This document shows, piece by piece, positions 32,237 through 42,481 of a DNA stretch of 64,000 nucleotides. The notes beneath the pieces were generated by a model that saw only the letters and a program-made list of their open reading frames with translations, did no database searches and had not been told where the DNA came from. Where the stretch lies: the IMG/VR virus record IMGVR_UViG_3300030114_000522, one strand, 5' to 3'. The translations under genes and the position numbers were made by a program. The first letter of the stretch is position 1. Each line of letters begins with the position of its first letter. The DNA comes from a virus.

Positions 32237-32818
32237 GTGTTAAAAATGAAAAAATTAAATTTAAAAATCGGTGAAAAATATACAGTACTAGAAACTATGG
32301 ACTTATTACCAACTAGAATTTATGGAACTCTAAAAGGTTATTATTATAGTGATTATGCACAACATAAAAATGCTTTATATATTTATATACAAAGACCAAG
32401 GTATAAAAAAGTAAACAGAATAGTATTAACAACAGATACGTTTTATATTTTCAAAGGAGAATTTAAAGAGTGTTGGAACAAAGAAGAAAATTTTAATGGT
32501 AATGCAAGAATGACAGAACTAAAAAGATTTACATATGACAATTTAAAAGACAATGAAAATTTAGTATATAGTTTTCAAGGTAGAATAGATACATTTAGCA
32601 TCAATAACGACTTTGAGGGACTAATAGACAATACGGGAGACTTTATATATAACAACGGTATAAAGGTAAAAGAAGCATCTGAGAATGATAGTTATATTGA
32701 TTATATTAGAACTTTATTAACTAGATGCAATGTCAACGACTTATTAAATTATATTAAATTAGAAGGTTATACACTACTAGAAAACAGTATTAATAAGGCA
32801 GTAAAATATAACTGGTAA
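32237..32818 (+). CDS. hypothetical protein
   Basis: RBS; long downstream inverted repeat. Confidence 0.72.
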   Translation: MLKMKKLNLKIGEKYTVLETMDLLPTRIYGTLKGYYYSDYAQHKNALYIYIQRPRYKKVNRIVLTTDTFYIFKGEFKECWNKEENFNGNARMTELKRFTYDNLKDNENLVYSFQGRIDTFSINNDFEGLIDNTGDFIYNNGIKVKEASENDSYIDYIRTLLTRCNVNDLLNYIKLEGYTLLENSINKAVKYNW

Positions 32819-32966
32819 ATAATTTATATTGATATAGTTATCTAAAATAAGGTAGCTATATCAATATAAAAAACTAAAAAATATATTAAATAAACACTTG
32901 ACGGAATTTTAAAATCTATGTTATAATTAGATAACGAATTAAAACAATACTAAATATAAAATAAAG

Positions 32967-33446
32967 GTGGTTTTCAATATGAAAGTAAATGAATTTTTAA
33001 ATAAAATAGTAGAATCTTATAATAAGGAATTTCCAAATAGCAAAATAATTGCTCAACTACATAATAGCAGGGGAAAAAGTATATATATAAAATGTATGTT
33101 AGCAGGTAGTAAAGAAGAATTAAGTAACGGTTATATATATAATGATATGTTTTCAATAGTATTTTGGGGTCATAATTTACCAAATGATATTACATTAGAA
33201 AGTGAAATTCCTGAAAATTTAATACTAGAGTGTAGCGAAAAAAGTTATGTAACAGTTCCAAACGATGTTTATATGTGCTATGGAAGAAGAAAGTTGAATT
33301 ACAGAAAAACAACAGAAAGTGAAAAAATTATAAAATCATTAGATAACTTTTTCAAAAAATTAAAAATACAATTAAATGAGGATTTAGAAGAAAATAAAAT
33401 ACATGATAACTTCAAAGAATTATCAATAAACAAATTAAACAAATAG
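32967..33446 (+). CDS. hypothetical protein
   Basis: Promoter and RBS. Confidence 0.72.
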   Translation: MVFNMKVNEFLNKIVESYNKEFPNSKIIAQLHNSRGKSIYIKCMLAGSKEELSNGYIYNDMFSIVFWGHNLPNDITLESEIPENLILECSEKSYVTVPNDVYMCYGRRKLNYRKTTESEKIIKSLDNFFKKLKIQLNEDLEENKIHDNFKELSINKLNK

Positions 33447-33500
33447 AAAAATAAGGTTTGTGGTAATCCTTAAAACCACTAATAAAAAGGAGTTTTAAAA

Positions 33501-33935
33501 ATGAATAAATATTTAGAATTAAAAGAAAAACATTCAAAAGAGGTAAATATTTTTCCAATGATGTTTGCATTTAGTCAAAAACAATTTGATGAGGGTATGG
33601 AGAAACTTGGATTAAATAAAGATGATACAAAGCAAATAGTTTCAATTGGTGCTGGAGGATTTATTAAAAAAACTGATTCCGAACTACTCGATAAAATGTT
33701 TGAGGAACAAAGCAAAGAAAGAAAAGTAGCTATTGAGAATGATATTGACGGAACTAATTTCGTAAAAGATATGTTTAAATATGAATTAAATAATCACGAA
33801 TATTGCTATACTAGAGGCACTCAAGATACTTTAAATGCTTTAGGCTATACCATAGAGGAAATAAGAGCCGATAAGAAACTATTAAACGGTTTAAATCTAG
33901 CAATACAAGAGTGTAAAAATGAAGATAATGATTAA
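33501..33935 (+). CDS. phage hypothetical protein (FAFS..QF.E / YEL.NHEY motifs)
   Basis: Motifs recalled from Firmicutes phage proteins; RBS. Confidence 0.72.
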   Translation: MNKYLELKEKHSKEVNIFPMMFAFSQKQFDEGMEKLGLNKDDTKQIVSIGAGGFIKKTDSELLDKMFEEQSKERKVAIENDIDGTNFVKDMFKYELNNHEYCYTRGTQDTLNALGYTIEEIRADKKLLNGLNLAIQECKNEDND

Positions 33936-34098
33936 ATTAATTATAGAGATAGCATAAAAAACTATCTCTTTCTTTATCTAAAAAACTATAAAATAAATTA
34001 GAGAAATAGTAAATATATATTGACATTATATCTATAAAATGATAATATTAAATTAATCCAATAACACATTAAAAAATAATTCAAAAGGTGGTAATGAT

Positions 34099-34272
34099 AT
34101 GGATACAATAAAAAATTTAACTGATATAGAATTAGTAAAAAAATATAAATTAGCTAGAGAAAACTTTTTAAATTCAATAGACGGAACACAAGAAGAGAAA
34201 CAAACAGAAAATACATATTCTAAACTATCAGAAGAACTTAATAAAAGAAATTTAGATTTAAGAGATTTTTAA
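34099..34272 (+). CDS. small hypothetical protein (below cutoff)
   Basis: Promoter at 34020 and AAAGGTGG RBS. Confidence 0.6.
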   Translation: MDTIKNLTDIELVKKYKLARENFLNSIDGTQEEKQTENTYSKLSEELNKRNLDLRDF

Positions 34273-34317
34273 TATGTAAATACTATTAGAATTAATAAAA
34301 GGGAGATAATACAATAA

Positions 34318-34518
34318 ATGCAATTATATGCAAATGAGATAGTTCAAACAATTAAAGTTTGTAAAGAAACTACTATAGCAATAATTAAAAGTAGATTAAC
34401 AGATGAAGAAATTAATATGATTGGAATTTTTGCAGTAGAATATAAAAAATCAATAATATTTGGAACTACTCATGATGTTATATTCAATAAAGATAGTAAT
34501 ATACTAGTCATTAAATAG
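34318..34518 (+). CDS. hypothetical protein
   Basis: RBS. Confidence 0.6.
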   Translation: MQLYANEIVQTIKVCKETTIAIIKSRLTDEEINMIGIFAVEYKKSIIFGTTHDVIFNKDSNILVIK

Positions 34519-34668
34519 CCTTAATCCAAGCTTTAAGCATAACAGGATAACTATATTAGATTAACTTTATAAATGCTTAGACGGTCAATTAAAGCTATTT
34601 TATAAGCTAATAACGTATTAAAACATATAGGAATTTAGTAACTAAAATAAAAAATATGAGGTGATTCA

Positions 34669-34869
34669 ATGTTTTTAGGATATCCAATAATAAGTTGGTT
34701 AGGGTTGGGATTGTATGGGATTTTTATATTAATATTATTTACTGGAATATTTGCAGTAAGTTGTAAGGCAGATAATTATTATCAGCATGAGTTAGATAAA
34801 AGAAAAAAATTAAATCAATTCAGGATGCGACAAAAGAAAAAAATTATTGTATATAAAAGTGTATCATGA
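34669..34869 (+). CDS. small membrane protein
   Basis: GAGGTG RBS; TM helix and basic tail. Confidence 0.62.
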   Translation: MFLGYPIISWLGLGLYGIFILILFTGIFAVSCKADNYYQHELDKRKKLNQFRMRQKKKIIVYKSVS

Positions 34870-34997
34870 GTATAAATAAAAAAATTAAATAATAGATTAA
34901 AATATATAAAATATTTCTTGACATTAGATTAATACTTCTATATAATTGTAAATAAGATAAGAAATTACATAAAAGAAAAAATAATATTTGAGGGAGT

Positions 34998-35360
34998 TTG
35001 ATAAATATGAGTAAATTGTATATAGTATTTGAAGATAATGGAGCAGGAAAAATGTGGATAGATGAAGTTGATACAGACACAAATTGGAGTTATCAAGAAG
35101 TTGGAGGTCATCATGCAAATAATGTATTTGAAAGTACTTCCAGAGAAGAGTGTGAATCATATGTTAAGTTAGAAATAAAAGATTCAACCAAATTTGTTAT
35201 ATTTAAAACAAGAGATATAAATGGAGAAGAATGTTATTTTTGGTCTGAAATGAATTGTTGTTCTGGAACTTATCAAGAAATTGGTGGAAGTTATTCCGAC
35301 TTTATAACTGAATTTAAAACAGAAGAAGAAGCAAAAAAATATGTAGAAATTAATAATTAA
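34998..35360 (+). CDS. hypothetical protein made of two tandem ~55-aa repeats
   Basis: YQE(V/I)GG...EE...YV occurs twice. Confidence 0.7.
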   Translation: MINMSKLYIVFEDNGAGKMWIDEVDTDTNWSYQEVGGHHANNVFESTSREECESYVKLEIKDSTKFVIFKTRDINGEECYFWSEMNCCSGTYQEIGGSYSDFITEFKTEEEAKKYVEINN

Positions 35361-35560
35361 GGAACTGGAGAAATCCAGTTTTTTATTACTTAGATATAAG
35401 TTATCAAATACAACATAATGAGTTAAGATAAAAAGTCTATTTTATTTGGAATTTTAAAGAAAAATATTTTAGTATTATTTTAATTTGTTATTGACTTTAA
35501 TTGAAAACAATGATAATATAGTAAATAAGAAGTACATAACGAATTAAAAAAATATGAGGA

Positions 35561-36646
35561 GTGGTTATAATGGAAACTATAAAAGTAAAAAATATATTAG
35601 GATATGGAAATGAATTAAGCGAAATGAGAAAAGCTAAACTTATTAATACTTTAGATAAACAATATAGATATGATGGAATTATATTACATAGATATGAATT
35701 TATAATCAATAGAGTATTAGAAGGATTAAAAACAGAATTAAAAGAAAATTATAGTTACTATAGTAGAAAAATAGATGCAGATACAAAACCAAAAACATTA
35801 TATAAATTAAAATCAGAAGATGATTCTTATTATGAAATAACAAAAGTGGAATATGATTTTGCTACATGGTTAATTGAAAATAATATAATCACAATTGAAA
35901 AAGTAAGAGAATTTGAATTAATAGAATATAATAGAGTAAAAGAGATTGAACGACTAGAAGCAGAAAGAATAGAAAATGAAAGTCAAGAACAATTAAGAAA
36001 AGAAAAAGAAGAACAAGAATTTAAAAACTGGTTAGAATCTGAAATTAATCTATATAATAATATTGATAAATTAGAAATAGCAAAAGCAATATATCAAGAT
36101 AAAATAAACCAATGTAGTATAGATTTATGTAAAAAAGTATTATTTTTAATAGAAAATATTGATAATGAAAAATGTAGAAGAGATTTAATGTCTAGATTGA
36201 GAAATCATAATCCAGCTAGTAGAAAAGTATTTTATCATGTAACTGGAATAAGATTACCTAATACAGATAAAGCAACTATAGAATTATTACAAAATATATC
36301 TAGTAATGATTTTAAAGAATCAATAGAATATAAAATAAAAATTAAAGAAGAACCTAAAGAATTAATTAAATTCTATAGAAAAAATAAAGATGAAATAATA
36401 ATGGCTGAGGGTGAAGAATTAAAAAACAAATACGATATGCAGTTGTATATTTATTTTGATATAGATAAGGACTATTATATAATAGTTGAAGGTAAAACAG
36501 GTATGACTTTAATGAGTGGTGATAGAAACAAGACTACACTATTAAAAACATTTAAGGAAAGAATGACAGATGATTTAATTAAAAGAGTAAAAGAACAAAT
36601 AGAATATTTAGTAAATACTAATGGAGAACTACCAAAAGCAATATAA
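35561..36646 (+). CDS. hypothetical early protein
   Basis: 361 aa; promoter, RBS and terminator. Confidence 0.8.
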   Translation: MVIMETIKVKNILGYGNELSEMRKAKLINTLDKQYRYDGIILHRYEFIINRVLEGLKTELKENYSYYSRKIDADTKPKTLYKLKSEDDSYYEITKVEYDFATWLIENNIITIEKVREFELIEYNRVKEIERLEAERIENESQEQLRKEKEEQEFKNWLESEINLYNNIDKLEIAKAIYQDKINQCSIDLCKKVLFLIENIDNEKCRRDLMSRLRNHNPASRKVFYHVTGIRLPNTDKATIELLQNISSNDFKESIEYKIKIKEEPKELIKFYRKNKDEIIMAEGEELKNKYDMQLYIYFDIDKDYYIIVEGKTGMTLMSGDRNKTTLLKTFKERMTDDLIKRVKEQIEYLVNTNGELPKAI

Positions 36647-36907
36647 ACCATTCAAAGACTAGCAAAAGAAAAAATATATTGCTAGTCTTTCTTTACATCT
36701 ATAAAAACCACAACAAACGTATCAAACGACCTTGTAATCAATTCTATATCTAAACTAATGCAATTCTACCTATAACATAACAAAGCCTTAAATAGCCTAT
36801 ACAAGCATTAAACGTGCTTATAATAAATACAATCTATCAGCACAGGATAAACAATATATAATAAAACTGAATAACTAATTAAATTAAAAATAAATGAAAT
36901 GCTAAGA

Positions 36908-37006
36908 GAAATGGAGTAAACGAGAGACAATTAAAGCTAAGTATTATTTTAATACGTTATATAGTTATATTTGAGAGTATACAAGTATTTTATAATTTGG
37001 TATTAT
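36908..37006 (+). promoter_or_regulatory. Conserved atypical promoter element, copy D
   Basis: Same upstream block; TTGAGA-24-TATTAT. Confidence 0.65.
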
Positions 37007-37076
37007 TAGATTATAGAAAAGGACAGAAAAAATAAATAACAGATTAAAAAAATAAATATTAAAGGAGTAATGTAAA

Positions 37077-37568
37077 ATGTCAAATTATGATAACTTAATT
37101 AATAAGGTAAATGAAATTAAGGAGTTCAAAGAATTTAAAAATAAATACATGTTATTAAAAAATAAAATAGCAGAAATTGAAGCTATAGAAGAAGAATGTG
37201 GAAAAGAAATTTTAAAAAATAATATTTTTAATATAAATGAAGAAGGTTATAAATTAAGATTAAAAAGAAATCCTAATTTAGATAAAAGAATATTAGAATC
37301 TAATGAATCTTATCTTATGAATAAGGAAGATTTAGAAAAATATTTAAAATTACTACATGAAGCAAGAACAGAAAAAGGTATTAAAGCGAAAGATTGGGAA
37401 AATTCATCTACATTTGTATTATTTGAAGAAATGAAAAAATATGAACATGGATTAGTGAATATAACAATTGAATTAGCACCAATAGAGATAAAAGAAAAAA
37501 TAGTTCAATTATTTAATAATTATAAATATAGAGATAAAGCTATAGAAACAATGATTAATGTAAAATAA
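37077..37568 (+). CDS. hypothetical protein
   Basis: AAGGAG RBS. Confidence 0.75.
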   Translation: MSNYDNLINKVNEIKEFKEFKNKYMLLKNKIAEIEAIEEECGKEILKNNIFNINEEGYKLRLKRNPNLDKRILESNESYLMNKEDLEKYLKLLHEARTEKGIKAKDWENSSTFVLFEEMKKYEHGLVNITIELAPIEIKEKIVQLFNNYKYRDKAIETMINVK

Positions 37569-37574
37569 CAATAA

Positions 37575-37631
37575 GTAAGTTTGATAAGGAACGTGAGAGT
37601 CGCCGAAACTGGTGTAATGCCAGTCACTTAC
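37575..37631 (+). ncRNA. Type I hammerhead ribozyme (U3-A8 core variant)
   Basis: Stem I GUAAGU/ACUUAC, core UUGAUAA, imperfect stem II, GAAA, stem III CUGGUG/UGCCAG, GUC cleavage triplet ending at 37625. Confidence 0.75.
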
Positions 37632-37792
37632 GAAATAAAAAATCACCTCAAGACATTCAAGAAAAGCGTAAATGAAATCTAGCGCAACGCTAGAAATTAA
37701 ATTAAAAAAATATATTAAAGAAATAGATGAAAGTTATTGACAGTGTAGGAGTAGAAGAGTAAAATAATAATTAGATAAGGAGTTGAAAAGTT

Positions 37793-37987
37793 ATGGCTAG
37801 AAAAAAATTTATATGTAATGAAATTACAGTACAACTAAGAACTGATTATGAATTATTTATGACAACAGAAAACCATAAATATACTTATCAACTAGCAAAT
37901 ATTTATAATGATAGCACTGTAGAAGTGAATGGAACTACATATGATAATGATAAATTTCATGAAATATTTACTAGAAATATAGTTTAA
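37793..37987 (+). CDS. hypothetical protein
   Basis: Promoter and RBS. Confidence 0.65.
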   Translation: MARKKFICNEITVQLRTDYELFMTTENHKYTYQLANIYNDSTVEVNGTTYDNDKFHEIFTRNIV

Positions 37988-38063
37988 ATAATAGATTAAA
38001 TGAGGGGATATTAAAATAAAAAAAATATTCCCCGAAGAAAAAAATTTTATAGGAGCTGATAAC

Positions 38064-38249
38064 ATGAATTCAAGTATTTTCGTATGTAATTTATCACAAG
38101 ACAAACAAAATAAAATAAAAAAATTAGTTACAAAACATTTGAAAGTAGAAGGACTTGAAGTTGATAAAATAAAAGAAATTGTTGGAAATGTTATGTCTGA
38201 TAGATTAGTAAATATTGAGGAAATTGTGGATATTAGTCAGTTTTTATAA
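38064..38249 (+). CDS. hypothetical protein
   Basis: RBS. Confidence 0.62.
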   Translation: MNSSIFVCNLSQDKQNKIKKLVTKHLKVEGLEVDKIKEIVGNVMSDRLVNIEEIVDISQFL

Positions 38250-38278
38250 AAAATAATTTAATAGGATGGTGTATTGAT

Positions 38279-38629
38279 ATGAGTATGTATAAATTTTTAA
38301 ATAATAAAGAAGAAATGGTAAAGGTAAATTTAAAGTCATTTGATGAAGCAAATAAGTATGCAGAAAAAAATAATTTAGTATCATTGACTATGAAATATGA
38401 TGATTTTATAAAAGCATTTAATAGTAAGATAGAAAAATTTAAGAGCCATGTAAAATATACCGAATTATTAGAACAATCAAAACAAGCCAAGATATATAAT
38501 ACTATGAGTGGTTACAATTCGATTGTAGCTCATGACTTTATAAAAAGAATTATAACTATGCCAGCAAAGTATATTGAAGATTGGTTAGAAGAAAAAAATA
38601 ATTTAGAATGGTTAGCTGAATATAAATAA
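38279..38629 (+). CDS. hypothetical protein
   Basis: RBS. Confidence 0.7.
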   Translation: MSMYKFLNNKEEMVKVNLKSFDEANKYAEKNNLVSLTMKYDDFIKAFNSKIEKFKSHVKYTELLEQSKQAKIYNTMSGYNSIVAHDFIKRIITMPAKYIEDWLEEKNNLEWLAEYK

Positions 38630-38730
38630 TAGATTAAAAAGCATATAAAACATGAATTTCATCACAACATTAATTTTTGATAATTTTCTACTTATAAGAT
38701 ATAATATTAAATGAAACGGAGTGAGTAATA

Positions 38731-38967
38731 ATGACCAATGACACTATTAAAAGAGGTATTAAAAAAGTATTAGAAAAAGAAGAAATTATTATCAATAACG
38801 TATCTTTCTCTAAGGTAAAAAGAATAGACCTTAGAACGTCCATACATCAAATTATATTAAGTTTAGATAGTATAGATGGTGTAGAAATAGACCGTTTAAA
38901 ATCTACGGTAGATAATTATTTATTTGAGAATAATATAGACTATATGGGGTTATTATTAGATATATAA
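38731..38967 (+). CDS. hypothetical protein
   Basis: RBS. Confidence 0.65.
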   Translation: MTNDTIKRGIKKVLEKEEIIINNVSFSKVKRIDLRTSIHQIILSLDSIDGVEIDRLKSTVDNYLFENNIDYMGLLLDI

Positions 38968-38990
38968 TAAATCAAGGAGAAAATATAATT

Positions 38991-39941
38991 ATGGAATTTG
39001 AGATAAAAGAAAAATGTACTATATTAAATATTTATTATCAAAAAGAACATAGATATATTGATATTATAATTGATGCAGAAGATTTAAAAAAAGTAAAAGA
39101 TAAAAAAATTTATATAGCTTTAGAAGATGGTAAATATAAACCTCGAATATATAATGGAACACATTATATGAGATTACAATCATTTCTAACACCAAATTTA
39201 AAAATATCATATTCTAAAAATAGAAATCATTGTGATTGTAGAAAAGATAATATTACTTCTTCACCTTTAGAAGTAATAGGATTAGTTGAAGAAAATTCTA
39301 TAAAAATGAAAGCGTCTTCCCTTAAAATGAGTAAAGAAAAAAGAGAAAATATAACTAGGGGTTCAAGGGAAAACAGATACACAAAAGATTATTCTAACAA
39401 ATTACAGGAAGATAAGTTGGGTGAAAAGAATATAAGTGCATTATTAACATGGGATTTAGTTAATCAAATTAGAAAAATTTCAATAGACGAAAATATATCT
39501 CAATATGAATTGGCAAATATGTTCAATGTAGGAAGGGCAACAATTGCAGATATAATTAATTATAGAACGTGGACAGTTAATCCAAAACTTAAAGAAAGAG
39601 TATATAAAGATGATAATATTAAAGTTATTAAGAAAATAAATGATATTAGTGATGTGCAATTCAGTTATAATGATATGTATTTTGATAATATTTTACTAAT
39701 GTTTGAAGATGAATTTTTATATATAGAAAAATTATCTATACAAGGATTAATTTATATAGAGCAAAGAAACATTGATGGGAAATGTTTAGCATCAGTAGAT
39801 ATTTATATTCCAGTAAACAAAAGTAAGCTTATGAAAAAGTTTTATAGTATTGCTAAAATGAATCCTAGAAGTAAGGGAAGGGAATATTTTTATAAGTTTA
39901 TAGATAAAGCTTTTAATCAATTAACTGATAAGGAAATATAA
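38991..39941 (+). CDS. degenerate HNH-like plus HTH DNA-binding protein
   Basis: NRNHCDCRKDNI HNH-like remnant; SQYELANMFNVGRATIADII HTH. Confidence 0.5.
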   Translation: MEFEIKEKCTILNIYYQKEHRYIDIIIDAEDLKKVKDKKIYIALEDGKYKPRIYNGTHYMRLQSFLTPNLKISYSKNRNHCDCRKDNITSSPLEVIGLVEENSIKMKASSLKMSKEKRENITRGSRENRYTKDYSNKLQEDKLGEKNISALLTWDLVNQIRKISIDENISQYELANMFNVGRATIADIINYRTWTVNPKLKERVYKDDNIKVIKKINDISDVQFSYNDMYFDNILLMFEDEFLYIEKLSIQGLIYIEQRNIDGKCLASVDIYIPVNKSKLMKKFYSIAKMNPRSKGREYFYKFIDKAFNQLTDKEI

Positions 39942-40131
39942 AAATATAATATTCTTTATCAGTTAAGATTAATATAGAAGTCGTTAAAATACTCATTATA
40001 CTTCCAGTGAAAAGAAACTAGATAATTAATTAAAATAATAGTTAAAAAGTATAGACAAGCATAAAATATAAGAGTATACTAAAATTAGATTAAGAAATAG
40101 ATTAAAATAATATAGTAGGAGTTGTTGAGAT

Positions 40132-40473
40132 ATGAAATATAATTATGAAACTCAAAGAAAAAATGCTTTTATAATATGCAATGGTAAACTATATGAAGGA
40201 GATATTCATTTTGATTGCATGTTTAAAGCTTTAGATGAAGTAGTGGGAGAAGATGAATTAGACTATAATTTTGATAAATATTTTAATATGGAAGAAAAAG
40301 AACTTTCTAAATTATTAGGAGATGATATTCCCAAGGGAGAAATAGCAATGGTAGATAATATCAAAATTTTAATATTATACGCAGAAGAAGAATTGAAAAA
40401 AGTTAAAGAATATTATAATAATTTTCCAACATACCTACATTCAATATATGGAGAAATAGAAAAGATAGCATAA
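40132..40473 (+). CDS. hypothetical protein
   Basis: Promoter and RBS. Confidence 0.7.
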   Translation: MKYNYETQRKNAFIICNGKLYEGDIHFDCMFKALDEVVGEDELDYNFDKYFNMEEKELSKLLGDDIPKGEIAMVDNIKILILYAEEELKKVKEYYNNFPTYLHSIYGEIEKIA

Positions 40474-40881
40474 TAAATTAATATTAAGGAGTTGAAAACA
40501 ATGAATATATTTCAAAGTGAAAATGGATTTTTGCAATTAAATGTACAAGATAAAAAAATTACTTTAACATTAGAACAAATAGATGAATTAGAAATTGACA
40601 CTAATTATAAAACTAGTATATGGATTGACCATGATAAATTTATAAAAGCTTATGGATTACCTTTTTAGAAAATAAAAAATTAAATTGAAAACTTATTCCA
40701 TAAGCTGATAATTTGATATAGATTAAGACTAACTTAAAAATAAAAAAATTAAGTTAGTCTATAGTAGCATTTAAAAATAAAAAAAATATTTGAAAGGTCG
40801 TGTATAAGGTGCTGATATAAAATAAAAAAATTAATAATAGATTAGAATAATAAAAAATAATTATATGAAAGAGGTAGAGAG

Positions 40882-41697
40882 ATGAACAATGAAAATACAA
40901 TACAAGAATTTTTTAATGAAAAATTTGGAACAGTTAGAGCAATAAATATTAATGATAAGATTTATTTTGTAGGAAAAGATATTGCAGAAATATTAGGTTA
41001 TGTTAATCCAACTAAAGCAATATCAACACATTGTAAAGGTGTGTCCAAAATGGGAATACCTTCAAAGGGTGGAATACAACAAATGTCTATTATATTAGAA
41101 GGAGATATATTTAGATTAATAGTTAAATCTAAATTGCCATCAGTAGAAAAATTTGAATCTTGGGTAATGGATATAGTATTACCAGCTATAAGGAAAGATG
41201 GTGGATATATTGATAAAGAAGAAAAAGTAATCACTGGCGAAATGTCTGAGGATGAATTAATTTATAAAGCTATGCAAATGATGGATAAGAAAATACATAG
41301 GTTAGAAGAAGAAAAAATATTATTGCAAAATGAAAATGCAGAAATGAAACCCATTGTCAGTTTAGTAGATAAATTTATTAATACAAACGGATGCTATGAT
41401 GTGGGAACTTATGCAAAGATTCTAGAGTCCAAAGAATTAGGTAGAACTAGATTATTTACGTGGTTAAAAGATAATAAAATTCTAATGTCTAATAACGTAC
41501 CTTATCAAACGTATGTTGATTATTTTAAGGTTATTCCAGTAGTAAATCAATATACTCATAGAACAGACTATAAAACGTTAATAAAGCCAAAAGGAATTAC
41601 ATACATATATAAAAGGTTAGTTAAAGACGGAAAAGTATTTAATAAACCTTTAGAACAAATAGTTGAAGAATTAAGTAATCTTAATAAAGTTAGTTAA
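40882..41697 (+). CDS. Bro-N plus ANT/KilAC phage antirepressor
   Basis: FGTVR...YFVGKDIAEILGY, FESWV..IVLPAIRKDGGY, GRTRLFTWLKDNK...PYQ. Confidence 0.9.
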   Translation: MNNENTIQEFFNEKFGTVRAININDKIYFVGKDIAEILGYVNPTKAISTHCKGVSKMGIPSKGGIQQMSIILEGDIFRLIVKSKLPSVEKFESWVMDIVLPAIRKDGGYIDKEEKVITGEMSEDELIYKAMQMMDKKIHRLEEEKILLQNENAEMKPIVSLVDKFINTNGCYDVGTYAKILESKELGRTRLFTWLKDNKILMSNNVPYQTYVDYFKVIPVVNQYTHRTDYKTLIKPKGITYIYKRLVKDGKVFNKPLEQIVEELSNLNKVS

Positions 41698-41783
41698 TAC
41701 TACATAATAAGTTAAAATAAAACTTGCATATCATTATAATATTAATTGTTAACTAAAAAATAAATTCAATAAGGAGTTAAATT

Positions 41784-41981
41784 ATGGAATCATATATAAA
41801 AGCTGAAAGAATATTGCATAAAATGATTAGAGAAGGTAAGGCAACTATAAAAGGACATAACGGTGATGATGAATATTATGATAAAAATGGGCATCAATTA
41901 GCAACTATATATAGTGTAGATGATGAAACATTTTTATCCATTCAAGAAGATTCATTTTTAGAATTAATGGAAGAACAATAA
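41784..41981 (+). CDS. hypothetical protein
   Basis: RBS; terminator. Confidence 0.65.
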   Translation: MESYIKAERILHKMIREGKATIKGHNGDDEYYDKNGHQLATIYSVDDETFLSIQEDSFLELMEEQ

Positions 41982-42481
41982 ATAATGATAAAAACATTTT
42001 AAGGATTATATAGAAATATAGTCCTTTTATCATATCCAATACTACAAAACAGACAAGTCACAAGCTACACTAAACCACCTATAATATAATTAAGGTACAA
42101 TTGCATTACTCTATATAAACACGCTTAGAACGTCTGATAGTGAGTTTAAATAAATTCTAACTGTTGGTAAACTTTTTAAATTATTTTCATAATATGCTTG
42201 ATTATTATTCTAATATATTATATACTTTATGTAAGGTAAGAAATAGAAACACTTCAAGGACATTTAAGTTAGACGGAATATTGTTAGTGCAAAGCTAACG
42301 CACATAGTTTAGACAGTTAATACATAGAAAAAATAATATATTAAAAAAGGAGTTGATAGAAATGACTGCATTAATATTAATTGTAGCAGGAATACTTGCA
42401 TTAGTAACAATTATTGAAATGATTAAATGTGGTATCGGAATTAAAAAAGCAATTGGAGAATTATAAAATAAAAAATTAAAT

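Noticed and set aside
33452-33479. preQ1-I riboswitch
   Set aside because: Similar pseudoknot topology, but the ligand-contacting loop residues are not evident and there are no queuosine genes; kept as an unnamed motif.
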